A DNA stretch of 64,000 nucleotides from Lama guanicoe (GCA_013239625.1 MU054391.1:2199130-2263129), one strand, 5' to 3'; counted from the stretch's first letter, positions 49,961-63,589 are shown. Made by a program: numbers and translations. The notes: generated from the letters alone by a model not told the origin.

Positions 49961-52900
49961 CTATCCCCTGAAAAATACTTAAAATGAGACAAATTTATTT
50001 TCCTGCATCTTTACTAATTGCTTCCATCTTTTTCTTTTTTGTCAGTGTTCTTCCGCAGGTGGGTCCTTAGTGTATTTGTAAACAAGTGTGTATCACCTGA
50101 ACCCACACGCTTTCCCTCTCTGGAGCACACTTTCCCCAGTCCTGAGACTTCTCTTTCCAGTCTAAGCGTCTTCAGTCCTGTAATTTCCTTCTTGAGTCAT
50201 TATCCCTAAATACGCCACCATCCTGACGACACACCTGGACGGGTGCAGACTGATCGACCACTGGTGGTATTTGTCTTTAGCGAGTTTCAAGTGTTCTGAT
50301 TTCTCTGGTTTAATCAGAAAGAATTAGAAATTTCAGTCCATTAAAAAAGACAAATGAATATTGACCTCTTACAAATGCTGTACTTCATTGAATTTAACCT
50401 GTTTTACTTTCATTTTACTGTGAATTAGTCAAAATGGACCTATGGTACAGAAACTGAGACCAAGCACACGGGGAACGTTCTCTGGTGTGGTGAGACTTAC
50501 GCAGGTAGGAATAAAGCGCCATCAGCGTCGCATAGTTTATATTTTACACGCCACTGTTCCTGTTTCTGAGTTACTTCTTATCGAGCTACTCACGACATGT
50601 TGGAGCACTAGGCAGACGTACGGAAATAAACACCCTTCATTCATTGCCAGCCCTCTGTCCATGTAATTATTCCGGCAAGTAAGAACTTCACTAAAGACAA
50701 ATGTTTCACGTGTTTCTTACAGTGAGATGCTCTGGTAAATAAAGACAAATAAATAAATAATCTATGATTACGTAAATGGTTTAAAACGATGGTAAATATG
50801 TGTACAACTTAAAATACTTTTCAAACAGATTTTTTTTTAGTTAATACTCTCAACAGTAAAATGAGACAGCCACCATTTCATATAAAATTGAAGCTTAGAA
50901 ACTGAGGTTCATACCCATGAAGTCACATGTAAAGGAAAGAACTTATCTGGCAAAACCAGACCTCTTTTCCAGTGACCCGAGAGCTCATTCAGGTGTTATT
51001 TTGTTGCTGTTGTTGTAAATAACAGTACTTCACAGCTGCTGGGAACTCAATGGTCCACACGTATGTCCATACAAATATGGTTTAAAGTGTTTTGTTAACA
51101 TCTATAGTTGATCATTGGAACTGTTACACCAATCTTTTCCAACTTAACTCTGATTAAGCACATTTTTTTATGATGACTTTACCCTAAACATAGCCAGCTG
51201 TGTTGCGCTCTGCCCTTTGGGAAGGTTATTAGGGAGTGGTTTATTGATGGCCTTCAAAACTCTTTATGGCTAGGTCACAGCCTGCAACGTCTGCCAGCCT
51301 GTCTGCCAGGAGATCACGCCTTGTTTCCACGGAGCTGTAAAATGTGCCGCAAAAGACCTCTGTCCGATTTTACTTCCCTAGGTTTGTGCTGACGCCATCC
51401 ATGTGCCCCCAGAATGGTAAGAGGTAAACCAGAGGGAAGAGAGGCAGGGAGACAAGTGGATGCTATCACAGCTATAAATCTGAGCACTGAGTTAATTAAG
51501 AGAATGGCATTTTTTCTTTATTTGTTCATACTTCAACATAGATTGTTGCTGTTCTGGGTCAAGCCAAAGAAATTGTCTGTCATTGGTGATTCTAAGAAAG
51601 ACAATGTTAAATTAGACCAGAAAAATACAAAAAGACATGTACATTTTACTGTCAGTGTATAAAAAAAATATGTGTCTATGTCATCTAAGTGGGAAAGAAA
51701 GAAAATAATGAAATCACCACGTCAGGTGAGTGCGGATGTGTTGTTACAAGATACTTAACAGCGATGACAGAAAATGTTTTCCTAAATTATAACTTTAGGA
51801 TGAAAGGTTAAACCTTGGCCTCTTATTTGTTGGAAAATGACACCAACATTTTTCTGTGTTTCCAGTAATTGTGCCTATTAAGTACCAATTAAAATTTCTT
51901 TCAGAAATTTGAAGACCAGCATTTCCTTCATTTCCGCATGTTCCTTATGAAGAGGGCAAGAGATGTGTTGGCTGTTCTCGTCAACAAAATCACAGTTTGT
52001 CCAGAAATACTGGAGTGTGTTTGACTAAATAGATTCAGTGTGCAGGGCAATAGAGGGAAAAAGCGTTTTGCTCCTGGAGTTATCAGCTGCTTTTAAAGTT
52101 GCGACGTGAAGTCTTCAAGGAATCTGCTATACGTAGGCCACACCTGCTACTCTAATTTCGGGAAATATTTTAAAAATGCTAAGATTGCTCATGTTTGTTA
52201 ATATGCTTTTTGATCACTGAGCATTTATAAGTTTTAAAGGTAAATCTTTAAGAATCAAAACATCTTAATGAACAGAAAGTAGTTAGAATTAGTAAGACAT
52301 GTGTGGCAAAAACGTTCTTTCTACTTTGATGGAGAAAAGATAAATTTAGCAAGAAATGTTAATGCAAACTCACTTTCGGCCCTTTCTCTTATTTTGGTCT
52401 TGGTTTCTACTTTCCTCATGAATAAAATTTTGTATTTGGTAATAGTATGCTAATAGTCAAAATTTATTAACGCAACGCTACCTTTAAGTATTTTGCTTCA
52501 TAACACGCATAGATGTATTACGTCTTCTTTGACAGATGTATTTTCCATTTTCAGTGCAGCATCACAGCATTGCAGTGTCTTGGATGCACCGCTGCAGAGC
52601 GTGCTACCCGAGTGACGCCAGGCAGTGGGGCTGCCGTCGGTGCCCGCGGGGCTGGTGAATGAGCCACTCTTGCGAGTCAGGTTTTGTTTCTCATGCATTA
52701 GTGCTCTCCAGTGTCGTGAAGTAGCGTGTATGTCAGAGGGCAGAGGCTGGGATAAATTAAAAGTGCAGACTGAGAGGGAAAAATCCTACACGATCTTTAC
52801 CTGTGGACTTGCTGGAAGGTACTGCGAGCACTGTTTTGTTAACCCATCCCTCCCAGGCAGCTGCTTATTAAACATTCTTAGCCTTGACTGATCAATTCCA

Positions 52901-55689
52901 GCAAATCACTGTCAAGATTGATCACTTAACACTATAGAACTGATCCCCTGTGAATAAAAGATGACCAACTGAGTAAGAGGATAGAAAAGCTCAAAGTAAT
53001 TACGGTGATCAGACGCCCACAGTGATGTATTTTGTGTTTTGTTGTTACATCATCAGAATACATGCTGCATCCAGTATTTTTAAAGGAACTGAAACCAAGT
53101 TTGTGGCAGAAGAACACCACTGGAGCTATGGTCAGTCAGATCTGTTATTGTGAGCGAGGAGTCTCTGTCCTTGCTGTTAGGAGAGAAAGGGTGAAGTTTT
53201 AAGAGAAGAGTCAGCAGGTCTTTACCACCTACTACCCAGTCCCGCATCTGGGGCTCAGGGCTGTGCACCTGCCTCTGACTCTACAGACCGTCCTCTGCAG
53301 GCTGTGCCTCTCCCAGGAGACGTTTAAGCTCTTGACTATGAGGGCACTCTTACACATCGTCTCTTATCTGTCTCACCGCGTCCACACATTCTGTCCGTCC
53401 TGCATAAATATTTATGGAATAAGTGCAAGACAATTAGAAAAGTATCTGGGCGGGGGAACCCAGCAAGAGGGTACAGAGACCATTTCAAATGTATGTAAGA
53501 ATTAATCAAAACTGCTTGGTGACACTCTTCTTCCAGGGGAAACATTTCTCCCAATGGCCACTCTTTAACCGAGCCTTTCCTAGGGGGCTGATTCAGAGAC
53601 ACGTTAGTACAGCCACCTGCAAGCCAGTTTACAGGAGTTATTAACTAATTAATATGACCCCTTAGTCCTTCCAGAAGCTTACAGTCTTGGTTTAGCCTTT
53701 CTTAGAGGCGTCACTGGGTGACACCCCAGTGTCATCAGGTGCTTGTTTTCAGTAGCAAATGGTTCTGGGAAATTACTTTAATTAACTCAAACTAAGCACG
53801 TATCACATTTGTGAAATGAGTATATTTGAACAATGGCTGCGTAGTCCAACATTTTTATGTGTTCTTATTTTTTAATCCTCACAGATGCTTTCACATGGAG
53901 GTCAGTTAATTATTCAAGACACGCGTCCCTGAGGCCCAGAGTGAACCTGCGTGCCTTTGTCACTCGGCCGTGATCAGCCCTTCTGCTTAGTCTGCGTCGG
54001 TGGTGCTACAATTCGCAGGCTCTGCTTGCGTCTCTCTGCCCAGGACCTCTCACTCTTCTCCAGTTCTGACCCCCTTTCTCACACAGGCCAGGCTCCAGAT
54101 TTAATGGACGGCATGCAGTTTGCGGAGAAGTCACGCACTACGATCACTGCGCCTTTACTTGTGCGGGACTCGCCCACGCCCTTCTTTCTCTGAGAAGTGA
54201 TGCAGCGCCCAGTCTGTTCTCAAACCTCAGACCAAGTACCCCCTCCCGTCCGAACTCCTCCCTGCCGTCGTCATCACCTAACTCCCCACCCTGAAGACGC
54301 GCCTCCCATGTTGGCTGGGGACTCTGCCACCGCAACACTACCTCGTGGGTCACGACACTTACCAGACTGTATTGCAATTGACTGTCTGTCTACTTAGATC
54401 ACATATTTCAGAAGAGGAAAGCCTTATCTTTACACACTTAGAATCTAACCAGGGCCAGCGTCTAGAGGGGACGCAGGACGGTTATGCACCGATCATAGTA
54501 AACGACCCTGCAATCAGGCGTATCCCGCTTTCCCCATCATCGCTTTTATCTGTGCGACGTTTCTAACCCGAGAGTCATAATTAGGCAGAATCCAGAAACT
54601 TCTGGTCACTTTCATTTCTGAAACGTAAAGCGCTTCACCCTGTCCTCCAGTGCGGGCACTGCTCTCACCTCTGCAGCCTGGAGGTGGGGGAGGACACCTC
54701 ACTCTGAGATGCCGCCTCACCTCCCCTAGCAATGTTGTCATTGGGAAGAAAGGGGAACAGAGATGGGGACAAGACACCTTCCTACCTGACTAGCCCGGTG
54801 CTGGGGAAGGAATGAGTTCCTGATACAGCTCTGGGTCTTCCTTGCCTGTGGCGGTGGTGAGTGTGGCTTCTTGTGGGGAGTGCCACCTTCACCTGGGTCA
54901 CATATGTCACCAACGACCATCGCGGTGTGAAGGCAGACTGCCCACTGGCCCCAATCCCGGCACATACTCCCATCTTCTTTTCCAGACACGGGGGTTGCAT
55001 TTGCTGGGCCATGAGTCTTGCCCCTCCGTGAATCTCCATGTTTGTTTTTCCCATGGAGGTAAGAAGTAAGAATTCAGGACCCTTTCAACACCCTCCAAAG
55101 GCTGCAGGGGACTGAAAGAGAGAGGGCGAGCCCACCTTTTGCTCAGAAACACTTGGCGGTTTTCCGTCCTGCACGAGTTCCTGCAGCATGCCCCGGGCCT
55201 CCCCAGCCTCCGAGTCACAGAGGGAGAGCTGCCTCCGTCTCACACACAGCCCTGTCTCCAGGGGCCTGTGCTCACCTCTTCCAGGAAGCCCTCCGTCCTC
55301 TCTTTGCAGGCTGCCCTTCCTCCAGCCCCTAAGTGTGACTCCCTTTGGCTTCCGAGAGAGGAAGAGCAGCCCCCCCCACTTTCCCAGCCCGGGGGCCCCT
55401 GCTTCCCAGTGAGGGCGATGACCACCAGCCTCCCCTGCCCCAGGGCTCTCACGCGGCTGGCATCTTCTGCTTCAGGCTGATCAGGACGACCTTGTCACAA
55501 ACGGTTTACACGCAAGCGACGACGATCTTGCAGGAACTAAGAGTAAGTGACGCTTGTTTGTGTCTAGGGGTGCGGCCACCCGTGGCCACCGTGCTGTCGT
55601 CTCCGCCGGGGCCCCTCACAAGCCTTTCTGAGCTCCTGCATTACAAAATACACACGCTGCTGGTGCTTTATGACTCCATCAAAGTACAC

Positions 55690-55915
55690 ACTTCTGGCGC
55701 GCGCACCGCGCTGATGTTCTCTCACACGCAGCTCTCCGTGAGCCGTCCCTCTGGGTCTGGAGGCACAAGCACATACCCGCACAGGCAGGGACGGAGAAGC
55801 AGCTCAGACGAGAAAGCTGCCCTCCCCACCGAACCAGACCGCGGCGCACTCTCAACGCCGGCCAAACCCGGGAGGAGGCGAGGGCTTTCCCGGCCGCCCG
55901 ACGTCGCGGTCTGAA
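55690..55915. other. CpG-rich patch
   Basis: Dense CpG (GGCGCGCGCACCGCG, CCGCGGCGC, CGACGTCGCG) adjoining a GC-rich MIR-like remnant at about 55920-56030. Confidence 0.55.
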
Positions 55916-57581
55916 ACACAGCTAGCTAGCGAAACTTGTCTGCGAACAAGAAAACTCGCACTTCGGTCTCATCAGTCTGAGAAGTAGGGGCGACTTAAAT
56001 CCCTCCACCTACGGGGTGCGGTGTGGCCGGAAGGACAATTAGGCCAATTCTCAATCAACTTTTCTGCCTTCAAATTGTCCTAGGAAGCCCTTTTCCCCCA
56101 TTTCTCTGTCTTTCTGATTTTTCCCCCCAGGAGACGTGTCAGGAGATGGAGAGTCTGTGAGTCACATGCAGCCTCCAGGCTCTGGTCGCTTACAAGAATG
56201 AGAAACCAACTTTACTTAAAAGTTAACGAAAGCGTCTGAGGGGTCTCACGTCCCTTTTGCAGGTGTGTAGAACCTAAGCGGATTAGTCCGTGCATGACAG
56301 AGGCACACCACTTAGGGGAAGAGAAAGTTCCCTCGCAGAAGCCTTGGCTCCCACCTGTGCCTAAGGGATTAGCACCTGCAGCAAACAGCACAGCTTGATG
56401 TGACCCGGCTGCCAGCAGGTCACCTCCCTCGCTGCCGCAGCTCTGTTTACCGTATTCTAGTTCACCTCCCTGATTCTCTTCAGTCTCCCTTTGGAGAGTG
56501 GCTCCTCGCTCGTCCCGGAATGACTGTGGCTGAAGTGACTCTTGTCCCTGGAAGAAGCAGCACGTCTCTTTATCGACTCTGTCTGGCTGCGCTCAGTGTC
56601 CTTTGAAACGCTGGCTCTGGATTAGAGTCACCATGCCCTGCGACGCCCTGACCACTGACTAGACACTGCTTGATAAGCCAGGGAGCGTACGAAACACTAT
56701 GGGAACGTCGCTATTCTGTGTATCTGGTCCCCGTGGTTATGACGTCCTTGACGTCGCTCACCCTCACTTTGGAGCAGCCATCAGATGTTTGCTTTCTCAC
56801 TGGCTCTGCACACCTCCGTGAGGTCTAGTGTGTTTTCCACATCCCATCGCCAAGAGAGGCTTAGCAAATTGAACTGAACTGCTAGCTAGAAAATGGAAGA
56901 ACTGGGTTTCATTCTCAGTGCTCAAGGCATTTCAATCCCAGGCAAATTCTAAATATAGAAATTTATGATGGAAGTTTTCCTACAGGAAAATATACAATCT
57001 AAATAAAGAAGATTGTGAAACAGAGCTTAACACCTTCTCGTTTGCCCACAGCTAGTTAGGCAAGAAAACCAACTCTAAATTTCAGGCTGCTCATCTCTCA
57101 TTTTTATGCCTGAAGGGACAGGAAGTTTTATCGGCCAATTTCTTCAATTTTCTGCCTGTATTTGCAGCTTTACGGCGAGGCTGAGAAGCCACGTCCTTGC
57201 GCACTGCCTGCCTGGGCAGGGTTTGAGGAGTCCAGTTTCCTATGCTCTTGAAGACGCCCTTTATGTAGCCAAGGCCACAGGGCCCATGGGGCGGCCGCTG
57301 CCTTGGGGCCTGAAAAGAGAGCAAATGTGAGTCCTGCCTCCCAGCCCCCCTCACTGGCCCCTTCCCCGACCTTGAAGCAGGTTTGAAGAGCCCTCATGTT
57401 GACCGCATACCAGTCATCACATTTGGGAAAGAATATTATGCTGGTGTGACACAGGCTTGTGTGTGAAGACGCCATGTCCCCGAGGGACAGGGTTTACTGA
57501 AGTTCATTTTCAGTGTCCGGCCTGGCCTGGCCATTCCACTGTCCTATTCCAAGTGGACCTCTGGATTTGTGGTCCTGGTTC

Positions 57582-57648
57582 AAGAAGGAGAAAGGAAAGA
57601 AAGAAGGAAAGAAAGAGAGAGAGGAAGGACGGAAGGAAGGAAGGAAGA
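57582..57648. repeat. Polypurine (GGAA/GAAA)n tract
   Basis: Seen directly. Confidence 0.9.
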
Positions 57649-59869
57649 TATGTATATTTTAATGTTTCCCCTTAATTATGGGTGCACACCTTCAACCTGC
57701 TCCGTGGGGACGCGGGAAACCACCCCACGCCAGTAATACCCCTTGTACAAGCAGTGGGTTTGACCGGTGTCCTTGTCAGTCAGAATTCCCTGTTGCCACA
57801 ACACAGCCTCTCTGTCTAATTCAAGCAGGAAACACATTTGTTAAAAGACATCAGGTGGTCAGAATGGCTGACTCCAGGCTGGGCTTCAGAGGCAAGGCCC
57901 CGCTCCCGACGTGCATCACATGGTCTCGCTGTTGCGGATACAAACTGCATGCCGGAGCCCTACGTCCCGGCAGCTGCCGCACCGCCGGCACCTGAGCTTC
58001 TTCTGCACCAGGGACTGGAGAGACGGCGGCGGGGCGGCCACCTGTCCCCTGCCCTGCTGCTGAGCCCGGGCGCGCTGGCTGGTCGTAAAGGGTGGAGGCG
58101 GCCCACGGTGGTTCCCGGGGCGGGCTGAGCGCCTACCCAGCTCCCTAGCTGGTGTTCTTGGGGCTTTCGTGTTTTAGTTTTGTCTTCCCAGGAGCTTCTG
58201 ACCATTATCCACACTTGGAGCCGCTGTACAAGGGTGCACTCAGGGTTCCTTGTAGCGATGGAAGTAATTTTGGGTTTGTAAGAAAAACTAAGAACAACAC
58301 CAGCCTCCAGCCCACGGCTCCGGGGAGGCACGGCCTGTGCTACAGAGCAGTTTCCAAAGCAAAAGACCCGTAAAACTTTCAAACTGGAACAAGGGCGCAG
58401 GTAGCAATCTCCGCAGAGCCCTGCTGCCCCACTTTCCGCAACGCTGAAAATTCACCCTTAAAACCCAGTAAGGGCCAGCAGGGTGTGAGGGCACCGGGGA
58501 TCGTCTGGGGCACGTGAGCCGTGCTCTGGCTTCCTGCTCAAAGGACCTTCGCTCCAGGATGTCTCCACTTGGCGACGTGCATGAACCGGACCCATGATTG
58601 AAGGACAAAGGCAGGTCTTAATAGGAAGTTAAGCAGAAAAAGTAAAAGGAATTGATTCTCCACTGCAAATGTTTTAAATGTAGCAATTCTCTTTCAGGCA
58701 AGCTTTCCACGAACGCGTGAATGGGAGACGCTTCTGTCCGTGGGCACCTGGTTCTTCCATCTTTACTAAACCGGACAACTTTATGTGCTCACGGTGAACA
58801 AGGTGTTCAGTTTATCTTGTTTGATATGAGGAAGTGTTGACAGGAAAATAATTGTATTGATTCTGGCATTACTATATTTTTCTTACCTTATTCTCCACAA
58901 TTATCCAAATAGTGAAAGGCAAAGGTAAGGACATTTGGAAAACACTCCAAAAATGGACATGATAATACAGATCACTGAGAAAAGAAAAAATGTCACTCAA
59001 ATTCTCTTCATCTTGAATCAAGAAATTGACATCTTGGCAAACGTCTCTTTTATCTTGTGCACAGTCGCACATGTTAAAGTGCTGTGCAGTCAGCATTACA
59101 TCATAATTATTTCCCACATCATTACACACCTTCTCATCAACACCATACTGAGCAATTCTGTTGCTTCTTTATCCGGATACACCACAGCCATTTAAACTGC
59201 TCAGATTATACCTTCCGGAAGTCTCCGGTTTGGGCTGTTATGTGTATTTTTCCTAAATGTTTGCACACAAATCATGATGTGAGCAATAGACTTACTGAAA
59301 TAAATATTTAGATACTTAAAAATTCCTGGTAATTATTGCAAATAAAATTCAGAAAAAGATGCAGCAACCTACCTCCAACAGTAGCAAATGTAATCCAAAG
59401 ACTTGCCAGCCGGGTATCAAGACCGTTTCATTTATTTAAAACTTAACTCAGTAGAGGAATACAGCACATTGTATCAGTAAGTAGTGCTGTAGTCACGAGC
59501 ACTGATTTTTTTGGTGTTCATTTTCCGACACGATTCATTAATTAATCTATTGATACACTTTTGCCGTTACGTTGGGCTTTGCCTTGTGTTTATATTCTTC
59601 GTATACTAACTTTATACTTTTGATCTATTTATTAGTTAATTTGTTACCCCTAGTTGTAGTAATATATTTGCCTATTGATTTGGAAATCTAAGCGCTACTT
59701 CTGGTGTGATTACTACATGTGATGTCCCCTCTTGATTTCAGAATTAGCAAATCTTGTCCTATTTGCACATGTTTAAAATGAAAAGATGAGATATTATATA
59801 TATACACATGTGTATGTTTACACACATTCTAAAAGCGCAATATTAAAACAAAAACCTCTATGTGCTCTG

Positions 59870-60260
59870 CCCATTTTAAAGAAATAGAACACTGTTTGCA
59901 TCACTCATTTGAGCACACTTGGCATCTTGTTCCCATAAGGCAGCCACAATGAGCATTTCTCTGCTTAGGGTCTCCTCATTATTATAAAAATATGGCTCTA
60001 TCTCTAAGCGATATGTTACCTGATTTACATATATGACTACCCTCTATGCAATCTTTCATGAGTTCTTTTTTCAACCAACATGATAGTGTCTAGTTCCACT
60101 TATGCTTATGTGTATAGCTGTAGTTCATTTATTTTCATTGCTTTCTACTTTATTTTACCTGTGTAGCACAATTTAATTTTATAATCCACCACTGATGGAT
60201 ATTTACTTCGTCCAGTATACTTTTAACTATAAAACATGTTGCTATAAACATTGTTATGCA
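59870..60260 (-). mobile_element. L1ME-type 3' region
   Basis: TGTGTATAGCTGTAGTTCATTTATTTTCATTGCT...ACTGATGGATATTTA...TGCTATAAACATT. Confidence 0.75.
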
Positions 60261-60324
60261 TACAAACATTAGGATTCATTCTAGATCCGCCAGGGAGAGC
60301 AGGTAGAGAAGCAGGTTTGGTGGA

Positions 60325-60525
60325 CGTTCAGGTCATGCTGAGAAGTTTAGCTTCCTCTGAAGTCAGTGAGATTTACCCACATATTTTAAACTTAGGAATG
60401 GAATGGTCGTCTTTGCATTTTAAATGATCGTTATTTCCACAGTCTCATAAGTGAATTAGAAAGAATTGAGAGTGGAGACAGAGAAACAATTTTCACAGCT
60501 GTTACCAGGATCCAGATGTGACCCT
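60325..60525 (-). mobile_element. L2 internal remnant
   Basis: AGGTCATGCTGAGAAGTTTAGCTT...TTTGCATTTTAAATGATC...GAGAGTGGAGACAGAGAAAC. Confidence 0.6.
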
Positions 60526-61758
60526 GAATGAATTTCACATTTAATGGAATAAAATGATACAAAAATTCTTGTAATTAGAGGTCAGATCATCACTACTATT
60601 TTCAAAATCCCCATTTTTGGTGTCAACCGCAGTGTTCTGATGACTGTCACTCTCAAACTAATTGTCACATTAACACATCTCTAGTGGCTCGAGTGACATT
60701 TCCTGAAAATATGAGACAGGCTGAGTCAAATTACAGCTGTAAGGGTGATGCGGTCTGAGGTCTCTGTCCTGACGGCAAGACCAGAGCCTCGCCCGTCCTC
60801 CCCGGGTAAACAGATGATCGTGGCGTCTGGGTATGCGGCCACTTCTGAGTGTGTTTTCATATATGACAAAAATGTGTCTCTGTCTTCAGTTACAGTGTTT
60901 TTGTGAGAGCGATTTTGGCCAATCTCCATTCCAGAGGAGAAAGAAAATAAACAAGCAAAAAAAATAGGTATTTAAGAGAAATTTTGAAATTCCTGGTTCC
61001 CTTAAACGTTAGCGATGACAAAAACGAGGTCGCAGGTCAGGTAGGTCAGCAAGAATCGCAAAGGAGCTGAGGGCAGCGTCTGAAAGCTAGGCCGTTGCTT
61101 TCAGGGAGATTTGCATTTCAAGGCCGAGCTTCCCTGCTCGTGGGACACGCTGTGGGGCCGGTTGGTTCCCCCCCTGCACGTGCCCGTCTCCGTGTGCGTG
61201 AGGGGTCTAACGAGCCTGCCACACCAGGCTGCTGTGAGATTGGGTGACACGTGGGAGCAAGAACCCAGAGCACGTTCTGGCCCATGGTTGGCGCTAAATG
61301 CACGTCACTGTGTGGTTCTAGGGCACAGCTAGGAGGTTTTAAGTTGGGACATATCAAAGCCGTGTTTACCCCACTGGACTCACAGTCCTTCTTCTCAAGG
61401 CTGCATTGATTCACGCTGCAGGTTGATTTTTTCCTTTCTGCATGGATGAATTCCCTGGCTAGAGTAAAATTTATATGTAAATTTTACCTTAATAAGATAC
61501 AGTCATATGATCTGACAAAAATGTATTCTTCTCTGAAACGGACCTGTAGTCAGGATTAGTGAAGTAAATCACCTCCTCTTTCCCTTGGGATGAAGTTTTC
61601 CTTTATGCAAAATACACACCATTTAGCCCTAAAATCCTGTACTGTAAATTATTTTTTGAAAACATATTTGGAAAAGTTTGTTACTGTGGAATTTAAAAGA
61701 TCATGTTTTTCCCCACTCATCCCCCAAATCCATCTTCACTCTGCACGTGCCAGAAAAA

Positions 61759-61870
61759 CATTCATTCATGGATTCATCCATCCATCATCCATCCACTTAT
61801 CACACAATTATTAAGTAAGAGAAGATTTTCATGTGCATCAGGCCCCATGACAGGCAAGGGGCTACAAGAA
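61759..61870 (-). mobile_element. L2 3' end with (TTCA/TCCA)n tail
   Basis: CATTCATTCATGGATTCATCCATCCATCATCCATCCAC followed by ATTATTAAG...ATGTGCATCAGGCCC. Confidence 0.55.
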
Positions 61871-62499
61871 AGAAATGCAAAGTAACCTCTCCTTTTAGAC
61901 AGCTCTAAACCCAAAATTTTGGTAAAGTGATCATTTGATGGAAGTTTTTACAGATATCAAATCTCTGGAGTGTAGGTCTTCATAAGTGAAGCAGTTTTTG
62001 ACTTGAGCGTATAAGGCAGGTGGATGATGGCTGGGCACCTCGGAGTGACAGGGTCATGGAGACAGAGAACAAAGGAATCCGAGTTGAAACAGAAAACCTT
62101 GAGGCCACCTGACACACGTGAAGAACGTGAGATTCCAAATGGCTGGAGCTCAGGCGCTCACTCCCAAGGCGTCCCGTGCGCCCTCGTCGTCAGCCTGAAT
62201 CATCCAGGGAGCCAGGGGAGGGACTTCACTGCCGACTAAGCTCCTCAGACTTGTGCTGTTTAGAAAACCCGTTACTCATCGTGTTTCGGCCAGGGGCTGT
62301 CACTCCAACCATGATCAACACCGAATTCCACCTGAGCTCCACTGATTTCCGTAAATGTCAACACACCAAGTATATTATAAGTGCCAGTTAAATCGCCTCA
62401 CCAGAGTGCTGGTTTCTCACGCGGGTGCGAAGCACGGACACCTATTTTCACAAAGCAGAAGTGCTTTCTTTGATAAGTGGAAAGGACTAAGCTCCTTCA

Positions 62500-62692
62500 G
62501 CTCCCCTAGGAGGCGGCTTCCCAGTGCGCCGGTGCAGAGGCAGTGAGCACACGTTCGTCAGCAGCGCTCCGCGGCGGGCCTGGCCGCTCAGCGTGCTGTC
62601 CTCCGCTCTGTGCCCCGAAGCTCCCGGCGGCGGTCACGTCGCGGCTCCTCCGCACTGCGCGCGTTCAGCGCCGACCGTCAGGCGGGCCTGGC
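62500..62692. other. CpG-rich patch
   Basis: About 190 bp of dense CpG with an abrupt return to AT-rich sequence. Confidence 0.6.
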
Positions 62693-63067
62693 AGCTTTGT
62701 GTCTTCTATTCCCCTTGATGCCCACAAAGTTGTTCCTTATTAGTCAATTTCATAAGCCGCTTTATGCCATATGTTAAGATTGTTTATGTCATCTCCTTTA
62801 TTAAAAAAAAATCAGCCCTGGGAAGAGGGCTTAAGTCTACATTTACTCATAATGCACACCGATTCAGGAGTTATTTGATTAAAAAATGGATAAATCAATA
62901 AATAAGAATAGCTAAAAATAAACAAAATAGCCAATGAAATTTCTGCAGTCTTACTGCGAAAATGTTTTCGAGTCAAACTACCAAAATATTTTATTTTATT
63001 CATTAATTTTTTTTTCTGAGAAGATATATAGAAACAAAAACACACAGCTGTGAAGACCTTCACTCTT

Positions 63068-63408
63068 CTATCTTAGCCTGTTCAGGGCACTTCAACAGAA
63101 ATGTCATAGACTAGGTGATTTTAAATAACAAGCACTCATTTCTCTCAGTTCCGGGAGCTGGGAAGTCCAAGACCAAGGAGCTGAGATGCTCTGCGTCTGG
63201 TGAGGTCTCTCCTGGTTCACAGATGCCGTCCTGCCGCTGTGCCCTCAGTGGTAGGAGGGGCAGGGAGAGAGCACTAATCACATGATGGGGGCTCCACCCT
63301 CAGGACTTATAATTTCCTCCCAAAGGATCCCCCTCCTAATACCATTATCTTGAAAGTTAGGGTTTTCTATATGAATTTTGAGGGGTCACAAACTTCGGGT
63401 CCACTGCA
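63068..63408 (-). mobile_element. MLT1A-like MaLR solo LTR
   Basis: CATTTCTCTCAGTTCCGGGAGCTGGGAAGTCCAAGACCAAGG...CCTCCCAAAGGATCCCCCTCCTAATACCAT...TATGAATTTTGAGGGGTCACAAAC. Confidence 0.85.
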
Positions 63409-63589
63409 ACCTCCACGTAGTCTTTCTTTCTAAGGTAAGATTTATACACAGTGAAGAGCACACGTTCCCATGTGCCGCTTAATGACTTCACACAACATAG
63501 AACGTACTTCCATCCAGAAAGGTCCCTGGTTTCCTGTTTCTATCTTTTTTCCTAGAAGCCACTACTGTCTGACTTTCTTTCTAGGACTT

